From: Octopus sinensis
Taxonomy: Eukaryota
Direction of reading: 5' to 3'
NCBI RefSeq assembly: GCF_006345805.1
Contig: NC_043016.1
Span: 9,114,001 to 9,178,000, forward strand
Length of the DNA: 64,000 nt
Positions within the stretch are counted from its first letter, which is position 1. Each line of letters begins with the position of its first letter. Below, one piece after another: positions 26,601 to 40,602 of the stretch. The translations under genes and the position numbers were made by a program. The notes under the pieces were generated by a model. That model had not been told where the DNA came from, did not search any database, and was given only the letters and a program-made list of their open reading frames with translations.

Positions 26601-27580
26601 GCCTTTTATGTGCCACTGGCATGGAAGCCAGTTAGCCACTCTGTCAACGATCACGCTCGTATGGTGCTCTTTGCACCCCACAAGCACGGATGCCAGTCAT
26701 CGAATGTGATTTTGATTTCACTTGCCTCAACAGGTCTTCGTAAGTGTGTGTGTATTACCTTATAAGGTAATGCTTATAATAATATTAACTAACTAACTAG
26801 CACTGTGTCGGTTGCTGTGTCGGATAAGGGTTCAGTTGATTCAATCAACGGAACAGCCTGCTCATGAAATTAACATGCAAGTGGCTGAGCACTCCACAGA
26901 CACGTGTGCCCTTAACATAGATTTTGGGGAGATTCAGCTTGACACAGAGTGTGACAAGGCTGGCCCTTTGAAATGCAGGTACTACTCATTTTTGCTGGTT
27001 GAGTGAACTGGTGCTATGTGAAATAAAGTGTCTTGTTCAAAATCATTGTGTATATATTTGTATGCTCATTGACAAGTTAGTGAGTTTTGTAGATGCTGTA
27101 TATATTCAGAGTCATACGTATTAGCATATTAAAAGATTTTTTTTCTCTTGTTTCTATTTTAGGCATCTGAATTGCAAGATACAGTGACGGCTGCAGAGAC
27201 TTGCAATGCTGAACTGCGAAACAAAGTCGATGATTTGGAATATGATTATGAAAAAGCAGATCAGCGTGCCAGGAAGTTAGACCGACGACTAGCTGACAGT
27301 CTGCAGAAGTTGCGGGGCTACGAAGAAGACCCAGTGGTGCATGAAGGTGGCCGTACAATCTCGGGTGTTTCAAAGAATAAGGTGAGGGTAAAAAAAAAAT
27401 ATACGTAAAGGTACATGGGTACAGGTGTTGCTGTGTGGTAAGAAGCTTGCTTCCCAGGCACATTGTTCCACATCCTGCTGCATCGTGCCTTGGGCTAGTG
27501 TCTTCTACTATAGCCTCGGTTCCACCAAAGCCTTGTGTGTGGATTTGATAGTTTGATAGATGGAAACTGAAAGAAGCCTG

Positions 27581-27616
<36 letters not shown>

Positions 27617-28010
27617 CACATATTTGTGTGTGCATATATCTATGTGTCTGTGTTTGTCCCCCCACCACTGCTTGACAACTGGCGTTGGTGTGTTTACATC
27701 CCTTAACTTAACAGTTCAGCAAAAGTGGGTGATGGAATAAGTACCATACTTTGCAAAATAAGACCTGCGGTCGATTTGTTTGACTAAAATCCTTCAAAGT
27801 GGTGTCTCAGCATCGTTGCAGTCAAATGCTGAAACAAGTAAAAGAGAATATTTTCAAATTTTCTGGAATATCAGTTGATATGATTCTATTTAGAAACATT
27901 GAAATACTTAGATACAACTAGAAAGTTGCTTATAAAGCTGTTTTAGCTCAAAGAATTCTTGTTTCCTATCCAAATATGTGTAGCTAAAGTGCATTGTCCA
28001 AAGCAATATT

Positions 28011-28051
<41 letters not shown>

Positions 28052-31000
28052 TATTTTACCATTGTTTTTTTCTTTTGACTTCATTAGGGTCATTAGGTTT
28101 AATTTTACATTATTTACGTTTGACGGATATTTGTCCTCATCTTGTTTCTGCTGATATACCCTCCAACCTTCTTCATCAGGTGTCTTGGGGGAATTTCAAA
28201 CCTGGGTTCTCATTCCTAAGGTATTTTTCGATATTATTATTATTATTATTATTCAGGTCACTGGTTGGAATCGAACTCGGAATCTTGGGGTTAGTAGCCC
28301 GCACTCTTAACCACTATCCCATATGCCCATGGGCATGGTGGTTAAGAGTGCGGGCTACTAACTCCAAGATTCTGAGCTCAATTCCAGGTGGTGACCTGAA
28401 TAATAATAGTAGTAGTAGTAGTAGTAGCAGCAGCAGCAGCACATTCATCCATCTGTCGATGCTCTCGATATCGGGGATTGATCTTTTCTCTCTTCTGCGG
28501 GTCTTACGAATAGCAAAGGACCATGTTTCGGACTTCTCCCACTACAGTGGGACGAAGACCGCTTTGCTCAACAAACAAACAAAGCAACAGCAACAACAAC
28601 ATCGATAAATAGCTTAGGGGTTATTTTGTCATGGACGTTACTAACGTTTATATTACTCATTTGTGAAATATGCTCTCATTTTTTTTATTACTCATTTAAC
28701 CTTTATACCGTTATTTATTTTTGCAAATATCTCAGTAATGTTAACTCTAAATGTAATAAAATTCTAGTTTTTAAAGTCAACGCTACGTAATACCACATAC
28801 CTACATAACGAAATACCTATTAAACGTTAATGTTTACATACCAGCTCCGGGAATGCGTTTAATATGTAAATTGGTATATCCAATAACTTAAAACTGCTGT
28901 ATGTGCTGGCTACATAAGCAGTGTGTTTGGAGACAAGAATGGGTTAGATGGGTGGTGGTGGTGATGAAGGGGCAAAACCCCTCACATCTGACATCTCCAT
29001 ATGAAACGTAGCAAAAATGCTGGCTATAATTTCTATAGAACATCTGTAGAAATAACTTTACAAAATATTATATTTAGAGTTCATGATAAATAATCACACT
29101 CACTCTAACTGGCAAAATCCTTAGTAACATAATGTGCTGAGGTCAACTTTACTTTTCATCCTTTCAGGGCCAATAAAATAAGTACCAGTTGAGCATTGGG
29201 GTTGATTTAAGTGACTTACAACCTCCCCCAAAATTGCTGGCCTTGTGCCAACAATTTGAAGCCATTGTTGATCTTAAAACTTCCCTCTCCTCAATTGTAA
29301 TACCAATTCCACCACTAACCTTTAAAGCCTATTTCTTTTTCTTTTTTTTAATCCTACATCTCTGCCACCACCCTAACAAACAGTTTGATGAGATCAGTGC
29401 AGAATTGGAAGAGCAACGGGAATTTGCCACAACTCGACTCAGTGAATTGGAGAAACTCAGCAAAGACCACCATGAAGCATTGAAGGAGATTGAACAGCTG
29501 CGTATGGATGTAAGTATGATGGAATGAGAGTAAAGGCTAATAAATGATCACCGTGCTTTGACTAAGGCAAAGAATCTAATTTTGGGGCATATAAGAAAAA
29601 TTAGATCCTTTCAGCTCGGAGGCGAGCAACAAGCTGGCCTCGAGCCAATGGCACATTAAAAACACCATTCGAGTGTGATCATTACCTGCGTTGCCTTACT
29701 AGCACTTGTGCTGGTGGCATGTGAAAAAAACATTCGAGTGAGGTCGTTGCCAGTGCCACTGGACTGGCTCCTGTGCAGGTGGCACATAAAGCGCACCATT
29801 TGAACGTGGCCATTGCCAGTACCACCTGACTGGCCCTCATGCCGGTGGCACATAAAAGCACCCACTACACTCTCAGAGTTGTTGGCGTTAGGAAGGGCAT
29901 CCAGCTGTAGAAACTATGCCAGATTAGATTGGAACATGGCGCAGCCATCTGGTTCGCTAGGCCTCAGTCAAATCGTCCAACCCATGCTAGCATGGAAAGC
30001 GGAAGTTAAACAATGCTGATGATGATGATTTGTTTGTTTGTTGTTGTTTGCTCTCGGGTCATCTCTGGTGGAGTAGACCTAAGGCATGCAGGTAGAATGG
30101 TGTGGGTTGTTTTACAGATCTGTTATTCCAAAATACGCCTTAATCTATAAACTATACTGTGCACATCAATGAGCAGCGATAAATCATAAGTCATGCAATG
30201 TGACAGTCTGAACATGTATTGTGCAGTCATGTTGTATCATCATCATCATCATCATCATACGTCCGTTTTCCATGCTAGCATGGGTTGGACAGTTCGACCG
30301 GGGTCTGGTAAGCCATGGAGGCTGCACCAGGCTCCAGTCTGATTTGGCAGTGCTTCTACAGCTGGATGCCCTTCCTAACGCCAACCACTCCGTGAGTGTA
30401 GTGGGTGTTTTTACATTCCACCGGCACACGGCCACGATCGGTTAGTGCTTTTACGTGTCACTGACATGGACGCCAGTATAACATGGAAAAAAAAAAAAAA
30501 ATTGAGCTCTTTGAAGTGGCTCAGCATAAATATAATTAATTTCTTTTTGAGCAAACATTTCAACTATGATCATCCCATTTGCTCCTGTATATTAAATCCT
30601 ACCTAAATCCAGATTTACTGCTGAATTTATTTTAATTTTCAATTGCTCAGGATTTTAAATTCTTCATTATATTATTGTAGTTTGCTTAATGTTGTATTTA
30701 GGTTATATTGAATGTATTTCATGGTGATAAGAATTTATTTGCTTCTTTAGACATTTAGCTACAATACAAGCACATCCACTGAGCATTTGTAACAAATAGC
30801 TGTAATTTAAAAATTTGTCTGCTATTTCTACCAGATAGTCTCCCTTGTTGGTTTTATAAGTTCCGTGTCTTTTTATGTAGTAAAATAATTAATTTATTTG
30901 TTATTAAACTGAGTTTTGGGGCTTAAGTTAATAATAAAATTATGATGGAAGGTTTTAATTTAAATATTTAATTTGAACATAAGCATTTACAAGAGAAGGC

Positions 31001-34000
31001 TTAATCTTCAGTGTATGCAAAAGAACTAAAGATAATTGTGTGTATCATAATAAAATAATTAATTTGTTTGTTACTAAACTGAGTTTTGGGACTTAAGTTA
31101 ATACTGGTTTCTTACATAAAATTATGATGAAAGGTTTTAATTTAAATTTGAGAAAGCTTCAGCGTATGCTAAAAAACTAAAGATAAATGTATGCATGTGT
31201 GTGAAGTTTATAATACGTATGAGCTTTCTAATTGTGTTTTAGTTACAACATTTGCCAGAGCATGTCATTATGGACAGCAGTGAGTACAAGTGTTTACAGT
31301 CCCAGTTCTCTGTACTCTATAATGAGAGTATGCAGCTGAAGACTCAACATGAAGAGACACGTAACTTGTTGCAAACGAGTAAGATTGGACATCTACGCCA
31401 TATAGAACAGATGGAGGTAAGACTAAAAAAAAATAACCGTTTCCTCTCATACCCTGTGCTAGATTTTGAGTTCAAATTCCTCTGGTGTCAGCTTTATATT
31501 TTCATCCTCTTAAAGCTAGTAAAATAAATTGCCAGTTAGATTATGTCTGTTGACTACTTCCACAAAATGTGTCTTGAACAAATGTTATAAATCAATGTGG
31601 CAAAATCGTAACTGCGTCAAACAAATTGCCTTGCTGGGTTCGTTTTGAATCTTTATGTTTTAAGTTCCTAACGCCAACCACTCCGAGAGTGTAGTGGGTG
31701 TTTTTTACGGTGGCACATAAAAAGCACCCACTATACTATCGGAGTGGTTGGCGTTAGGAAGGGCATCCAGCTTTAGAAACTCTGCCAGATCAAGATTGGA
31801 GCCTGGTGCGGCCGTCTGGTTCGCCAGCCCTCAGTCAAAATCGTCCAACCCATGCTAGCATGGAAAGCAGATGTTAAACGATGATGATGTAGTAGGGTGG
31901 CATTTGCTGCAACAGCACATCGCAGTATCCACCATTTGTTGGTGATTTGCTACTGCTGGCTGACAAAGCCTTTGCACTACAACCGCCTTCTGAGATTACT
32001 GGCATAAATTATTAGTCAAGTACTGGCTTCAATGCAATCAAATATTCTCTCTTGTCACTTTGGTCTTTTACGTTTGTAAGAAATTATTATTAGAACACTG
32101 ATTGATAAATCAACAGGTGAAATAGCTTTTCATGTTTATTTTAGATCTGTCCTTCTAAATTCTGAATTCAAAACCCCATAGGGGTCTGTGTTACTTTCAT
32201 GCTTCTAGGTTTGGGGAACTATGTACCAGTAATATATTAGGATCAGTTACATTACCTACACCACTGCCTCCTAAATTTGTCCTATTTGTGGCATTGTGAG
32301 GAATTACCTATATATTATTGTTAATATTGATATCTCTGAAGGTGGCAACCTGGTAGAATTGTGACTGCACTAGACAAAAGGCTTAGTGGTTTTCATCTAC
32401 CTTTACATTCTGAGTTCAAACTTTGCCAAGGTCAACTTTACCGTTCATCCTTTCATGGGGTCGATAATATAAGTACCAGTAAAACACTGGGGTTAATGTA
32501 ATCAACTAGTCCCTTCCCCAAAAATTTCAGGCCTTGTGCATATAGTAGAAAGGATTACTATTGATATCAGACAGAGTAGAATAGGTTAGCTTTTCTACCC
32601 AGCCATCTCCTGTGAACCATTCTATTCAAACCTGCATGAAAGATGGACGTTAAATGATGATGATGATGATGACCTCTCAATGGAGAATTGCTACTGATCT
32701 CCATGTGTGTGTGTGTGAATATGGGTATATTACTGGTATTTGAATAAATCCTTCCTAATGCCCTCCGTATCAATACCTTTTTACTCTAGAGTGATGAACT
32801 CACCTGTCAGAAGAAGCTACGCACTGAGTTAATTCAGCTGGAAGACACACTGGCACAGGTACGCAAAGAATATGAAATGTTACGCATAGAGTTTGAACAG
32901 ACACTGGCTGCTAATGAACAGACTGGTAAGTTTTTGAGGATTTTTTTTTGTTTTGTTCTGTTTTTGTTTTTGTTTTCTAATGGCTGTTTGGTTAGGAGTT
33001 TGCTTCCCAGCTACATGGTTCTGGGTTCAGTCACACTGCATGGCAACTTGGGCTATAATGTCTTCTGCTATGGCTGACCAAGGCCTTGCGAGTGGATTTG
33101 GTGGACAGAAACTGAAAGAAGCCTGTCGTCCTTGTGTGTGTTTGTGATAATTGTTATACGGCTGTTGCCAGCCTCCCCTGGCACAAAAAAGGCACCCACT
33201 ACACTCACGGAGTGGTTGGCATTAGGAAGGGCATCAAGCTGTAGAAACACTGCCAAGTCAGACTGGAGCCTGTTGCAGCCTCCTGGCTTCCCAGACCCCG
33301 GTTGAACCATCCAACCCATGCTAGCATGGAAAACAGATGTTAAATGATGATGATGATGAATTATTTATCATACAAGCAGTGTCATTTATTTGCAATATTC
33401 TGCAAGAAGATCTTTAGCCATGGAGAAATATTGCCTTACCTTACTTGGAAACAGACAAGGGACTTTGACAGGAAGGGAATCTGACCAATGAAAATCTGCC
33501 TCAAATAAACTCCATTCAACCCAGTCAAGTATGGAAAAGTGGATATTAAATAATGTTGATGATGATGATGATGAACCAAGCTGGCTATTTTGTCAATTTC
33601 CTACATCATGTGAATGTAGTGTTACTAATCAGTAGCAGTTACGCACTGGGGTCGATGTAATCGACTTAATCCGTTTGTCTGTCCTTGTTTGTCCCCTCTA
33701 TGTTTAGCCCCTTGTGGGTAATAAAGAAATAGGTATTTCGTCTGCCATTACGTACTGAGTTCAAATTCCGCTGAGGTCGACTTTGCCTTTCATCCTTTTG
33801 GGATCGATAAATTAAGTAGCAGTTACGCACTGGGGTCGATGTAATCGACTTAATCCGTTTGCATGTCCTTGTTTGTCCCCTCTGTGTTTAGCCCCTTGTG
33901 GGTAATAAAGAAATAGGTATTTCGTCTGACCAATGAAAATCTGCCTCAAATAAACTCCATTCAACCCAGTCAAGTATGGAAAAGTGGATATTAAATAATG

Positions 34001-37000
34001 TTGATGATGATGATGATGAACCAAGCTGGCTATTTTGTCAATTTCCTACATCATGTGAATGTAGTGTTACTAATCTACTTTTGTGCAGTTTAATAATGGA
34101 ATAGACAGTAGTTTTGAAGACAGTTACTGTGTGAGCTGCACGTGATCTCTCGACGTGTAAGAAGTAGCTGCCAAATATCCCTCAAATAACAGCCTATCAT
34201 CCAAAAAAGCAGATACGGCTACATTGGATAATGTACATTATACAGGAGGAGGTGGGGAAAGCTGATCAGATTGAATGTTTTTGATTATAGGTCACTCATC
34301 AAAGTTGACCTTGAGCTAAACACCATCAATGGTATTTTATATATAATAACAGAATTCTTGATGTGATGATACACATTATCATCATCATCATCAACAGTAT
34401 AATGTGCCCATTTCAACGAAACTGTGTTCTGAAAGTGTTGTGTTCCACCCACATGTAACAGTGAAATTTTTCACACACCCTGGCCCAATAAACCAAACTA
34501 AATTTCCTTTTCTCTTCCTCACATTTCCTCTTTTTTATGCATTCTACTTATCTCTCCCTAACCACTCTTGCACCAGCCCAAACCTGTCCTCACCCTCCTC
34601 TTTGTTCCCATGTTTCACTAGTCACTGCTTTCCCCTCTCACTTTTTGCATTCATGTGAAATCCCTACTTAAGTACCCTTGGCAATACTCTATCATCCCAT
34701 TTATATTCTGATACCCATACCTTGAGGTATGCCCTGGCACATCACTACTTCTCTCTCACGCTCTCACACACACACACACACACACACTCTCTCTCTCTGG
34801 GGAGTGGGGGGCGGTAACCATGTATCTCTTCTACAGCAAGATACTTGTTTCTGTCCCTTAGTCACACTCTAACCTCTCATCACCTGGCACAAGGCCACCT
34901 CTTCCAATGACCCCTCTCCTCTCGGAGGATTTTTGTCTTGTGAATTATTTGGTGACCCTGTCAACCCTGGTGCCATGTATAAAACATCCAGTCAACACTG
35001 TAAAGGGGTTGGCATTTGGAAGGGCATCCAGCTATAAAAATAATGCCAAAAGCAGACCCCGCCAATGCTGGTGCCATGTAAAAGCACTCAATCTACTCTG
35101 TATGATGCTTGGTGTTTGAAAGAGCATCCTGCCTTAAAAGCCGTGCCAAAACAGACAGTGAAGCCTGGTGAGATCTTCTGGCTTGCCAACTCCTGTCAAA
35201 TTGTCCAACCCATGCCAACACAGAAAACAAATATTGATGATGATGACATTGAGGGCTGGGTATGTTTTAACAAAGGCCTGTAACAGCATCACTGACAGGT
35301 TGACACCAAGCCAATGCACATGCGAGAGAGAATGAATCTATATGATTGATCAACTTACTAGAAATAGCAGCCAGATTACTCCCAAATCAGACCTTTCTTA
35401 AATAAGGCAAGGCCAGATTGGATAATGCACTCCTAGATACACCTTGAAAAAAAGACAGGATGGCTATGATTGGAAAGCTTTTGATCATACAATTTCTTGA
35501 TCATGGTTCATTTGAGGGTAAACAAGAACACCTGACAGATTTGTTGGCTTTTTTTACCTGTAGGCTTACATATTATAACTTCCATGCTAGTTAAATATCT
35601 TTATATGTATAATTTTATTAGTTAGTTGTATGGAGTTCTATGCCCATCGTCAGTTTCAACAAATATTGTTGTTCTCAATTGCAGGACCAATTAATAGAGA
35701 GATGCGTCACCTCATCCAGAGCCTACAGAACCACAACCAGCAACTGAAGGGTGAAGCAGGTCGCTACAAACGGCGGCTGAAAGAGGCAAATGCTGAACTG
35801 AGCAAGGTAAGAAGCCATGTTAAGATTAGAAAAAAATATCTTTTATTATTCTATTTATTTTATTTTAATATAGCTTTTAAATGTTTAGGATGCTGCTGAC
35901 GTTAGTAGCATGTCTACTTTTGTCATAAGAGACAACCACAGAAATGGAGAGTATATATATATGATTTCTTACAGTTAAGGCTATCCTTTCCTTAATTGCT
36001 AAAAATTGTACATATGCTCTCTGATCACATAGTGTTTCTTTCTCTCACTCTCCCTAACTCTTTCTCATATTCCGTCACTTTGTATGTGTATTGCCCTCTC
36101 TATCACCTTATAATTATGTCTCTCTCAGTGGCTCCTTCTGTGACAGTTCACCCTCTTAGCATTATGATGACACTGCACTCTGATCATCCTATGCAACACT
36201 GTAGAGAGATGTGGCAAAGGTAATCAACCAGGAGGTTGGAATCACTGGCAGCCATCTATGAGATAGCTCAGTGGCTCCCATAAAACTCTGCAGGCCAGAG
36301 TAAAGGCAACATATCTAGGACAGTAACTGAATAATATATATGAAGCAGGCGTCTCCTCCAAACAACAGCAATGGCAACCTGCCTAGGAGGGCGGCAACTT
36401 TGAATAAATGTTGATACTGTGGAGAGAGGATATGTCAGTCCTGTCCAAAAAACTCTCTTGTGTAGTGGGCATGATAAAGTGCACCATGTCCATGCTGTTA
36501 AGTAATTTGTGATAGAAAGGCCTGACAGCTATAAAAAACACTGCAAATAACAAATACCCTAGTTATATATACAGGGCTCACACTTTGTTAGTGCTGTGCA
36601 TGATAATGGGGTAGCTGGATGAAAACATCTGGACACATGTAAGAACCCCCTCCCCTCAACCATCATCAAACGATCGCACCGACTCTCTTCCTTTCAGATG
36701 CAGAAAATAGATCTCAAACAGCCAAAACACCATATGAAACGCCCATCTCCTGGGCAAGTGAAAAACTTCAGGGCTGCCGCCATCAACGTTGTTGGCACAA
36801 TAAAAGGTAGGTCTGGTATGATTATAGAGGTGCTACAGTGGAGGGAAGTAGAGTGTACTGTGTGCAGTTGAAGGAGTAGGCATATTGCTGGCTGAAGAAA
36901 TAAGTATGTAAAGCAATTGAGCTAGTCAGAATATGTAACAGAATAATTAAGCACATACTAGTCATAGGCTGTATGACAGTAAAAGTGATCACAGTATTTG

Positions 37001-40000
37001 CTCCACATATGCGGTGACGAGCTGGCAGAATCGTTAACACGCTGGGCAAAATGTTTAATGGTATTTCTTCTGCCATTACGTTCTGAGTTCAAATTCCGCT
37101 GAGGTCGACTTTGCCTTTCATCCTTTTGGGATCGATAAATTAAGTACCAGTTACGCACTGGGGTCGATGTAATCGACTTAATCTGTTTGTATGTTCTTGT
37201 TTGGCTCCTTGTGGGTAATAAAGAAATAAGTATACGCTCCACATGCATTTTTACGAGGCTTATTTGCAAAGTACCTTGATAACAGATAGCTGTAATCCTG
37301 CTATCGTGATTGGTGGCTTTAATGGATACATTGAACAGTACTGTCATGGTTGTTGTGGTGTAAAGGAGACTGTGGAATAAAGAGTGATCAAGGCTCTTGA
37401 AAGTCTGTGATACAAATAACCTATGAATTTTCTGCAATAACTTTAGGAAACTAGCCAGCCACTTGGTTATATAGCAATTAGATGAACATGCTAGGAAGAC
37501 ATGTTTTTCAGGAAATGGGACAGACAGATATTGTGATTAGTAAGTCTTTTGGGGTGGTGTGGAGGGTGTGAATATTATACTGCATGACATGGATTAGTGA
37601 TTGGTGACTTCAGAGTAGGAACTAGGCAGAGCTAGGTACACAGGACAATCTAAAGAAGGAAGTATTTGATCATATGTATGTTGAAGATGAAAAGAGAGAG
37701 AGAGAGAGAGAGATGTGTAACATACAGCACAGCTGGGAGTTTCTGTGAGAGAACCTGCTTCAAGCTACATCAAATCTGTTAAGCAGCAACAAGGCTCCAG
37801 CACTATTCCACTCATGTTACAGAAGATAACTTGGTAGTGGAATGGTACTGTAGATAGAAATATTATTGGGACGTCTGAATGAAAGTAAGGAATGGAGAAT
37901 AATATAAGTTAGCTTGTTGAGTGACTAGATGACAGGTATACTCAACAAAGAGTCAAGAGGGAAAACTAAATGGTTTACCTTTGTCAGAAATGTGAGATGT
38001 TTCTAATTGCAAAGCAGTGTATGAATCAAGCCATTAGTAAGAAGACTACACAGGTACCAATATGTGATGCTTATGGAGGGTGTCAGTTGGGTAAAGAAGT
38101 GCAAAGGAGTGGTAAAAGTTGATACTTGAAAGACTAAAGTTCACCAAGATGACAAAAGACGAGCTGGCAGAAACGCTACCACCCCGGGCAAAACGCTTAG
38201 CAGTATTTCGTCTGTCGTTACGTTCTGAGTTCAAATTCTGCCGAGGTTGACTTTGCCTTTCATCCTTTCAGGGTTGATAAATTAAGTACAAGTGAGGCAC
38301 TGGGGTCGATATAATCGACTTAATCCCTTTGTCTGTCCTTGTTTGTCCCCTCTATGTTTAGCCCCTTGTGGGCAATAAAGAAATAAGATGACGAAAGACT
38401 GCAACAAGTCATAAGACTTTGTACTAGCGAAGATCTATCCAACCCATGCAGTCATGGACAATCGTCATGCCATGCCTGCATGGGTCAGATAGGCACGGAC
38501 ATAAAATAATGGTAAATGAATGAGACAATGCATCCCCTTACATCAAGAGGTAACTCAGCCTGTCAGTAACAGAGATTGATAAAATAAGTACCAGGGTTGA
38601 TGTGATCAACTAAATATACTTAAAAGTGATACCCCAACATCACCACAGTCCAATGAATGGAATGAGGAAAAGAATGATTTATATACAGATATACTCAATC
38701 TAAGTGAGATATATTATACTCATCACATATATATTTGTGTGTTTATATATGTATATTCTTATTAATATTTAGCAGAAGTAACAGAGCGACTCAAGGTCCA
38801 AGAGTTTTGTGTATTGGCATTTATCAAACTTATAAAGTTATACATATACTCATATTTTGAGTTCTGTTTTTCCTGTTTGCATTGTATATATATGTATATA
38901 TATCTGTGCCCTAAAAAAATGGTCAAAATGGAATATCTTTGATCAAGGCTGACTTGGGACTGAGCAGCAACTCCCAAAGCTTTACGTAAGTGCTAACAAT
39001 GAAAGACCAACAAAAAAAAAAGAAGAAACTGAAAAAATGAACAACAGATTGATCTAATATATGTAATAGGTATGTTCTCTCCCATTACCGGTGACACATT
39101 TAAAATGGAACCACTCTAACAGGCATGTCTTTTTCGTATTGTGTATTTTTCTCTAGTTGAAATCTGAAGGAGCAGCACAAGAGGCTAGCAAGGATGAAGC
39201 ATCAATGTCATCTTCATCTGGAACAACAACTGCCGGAAGTACAGGGGCAGGAACAGCACCTGTCTATGTACCACCCAAAGCAGAAGCGGAACCTGTCGTT
39301 TTGAAGAAACCTGATGAGGACGAGAAGGATTTTGATGTGAAAGACAAAGGTCGCTCAGAGTCAGAGATTATAAAAGATTTACGAGCTCAGTTAAAGTGAG
39401 TTGAATCTGGTTATTTGTGGGGGTGGGGTATGATGTCAAAAGAGTTAATATACTTTCAAGAGAACATGGAATAATTCTTTTCGGACTTAGGTCTCAAAGC
39501 ACATGAAGTTATAAATAAATATTAAAAGTTGGTTGAAAAACCATTTTGGTTGATGGAGGCTAAATCTTTTAAAATTGGAAGAGAAAAAAAACTAGTTGGA
39601 GACAGCAATTTGAAGACAGGGTTGGTTAGTCGTAAACAAGGAATTTAGTGAACAGACAAAAAAAAAAGGTAGAAATTTATGTTTAAATGGATTTCTATTT
39701 GCTTCAAAATTATTCCACTTCTTCAATCAACTATTCCTTTTTCATCCAAGAGTTACTAGACAGGCACTTGCACTTTTAACTTAATTCTAAGACATTGTGT
39801 AACAATCGTCATCATTGTTTGACCATGGTTGAGACAATGCAATTTACTATGTTACGCCAGACTTCACGGTCCATCATAGCATTACGGAGGTCCTGTTGCT
39901 GGATGCCTGTATCTCTGGAGATTACATCAGGGTAGGAGAGTGTATGTCCTCTGGTATCGCAAGCAGATGGCTTCCAGAGGAGAAGAGTAGAAATTACCTC

Positions 40001-40564
40001 GTTTTCAGCTCTACAACAATGTCCAGCAAACTGGACTCTTCTGCCTTTCACAAGAGATGATACAGGTGGTAACTTCCCATATATTTGTACTTTGGTTGGA
40101 TGACACTTCCATGAGAGATTTTGAGCTCTCATAAGGAGGCGAGTGTAGGTTCCATCCAACCGCCTCTCAAGCTTCTTTGATAACGTCCAGGTTTCTGAGC
40201 CATATAGTAGAATTGGTTCGACTGTGGCTTTGAAGATTTTAAGTTTGAAATCTCTACTTAGATTTGTGTAACAAAGCTGGCCTTTTAGAAAAGCAGGTGT
40301 AGTCCACTCCATAGATTCCTGCAATTTCTGTGTGCTTAGTTTCACTTGCATGACTTGAGTCGATCCAAGGCTGTGGTAGAAGACGTGAATCCAAGTTGCC
40401 ATGTTCTGGAATTGAACCCAGTCCCTCATGATTGCAAACTTACATTCTTAACTATTCATCTGGTCTTACACCCATAAAGCTGCAACTTAATTAAGTTTGA
40501 TATTAACAAGCATTAAATTAAATTTTACATGAACATAATTGGATATTACTGAAGAGCACAGCCT

Positions 40565-40602
<38 letters not shown>

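Noticed and set aside
27994-28608. 204-aa ORF
   Set aside because: It runs through microsatellites and the SINE palindrome, with no splice or homology support
29360-29383. U12-type intron suggested by CCCTAAC near the acceptor
   Set aside because: The 5' splice site is GTGAGG, a U2-type sequence, not GTATCCTT
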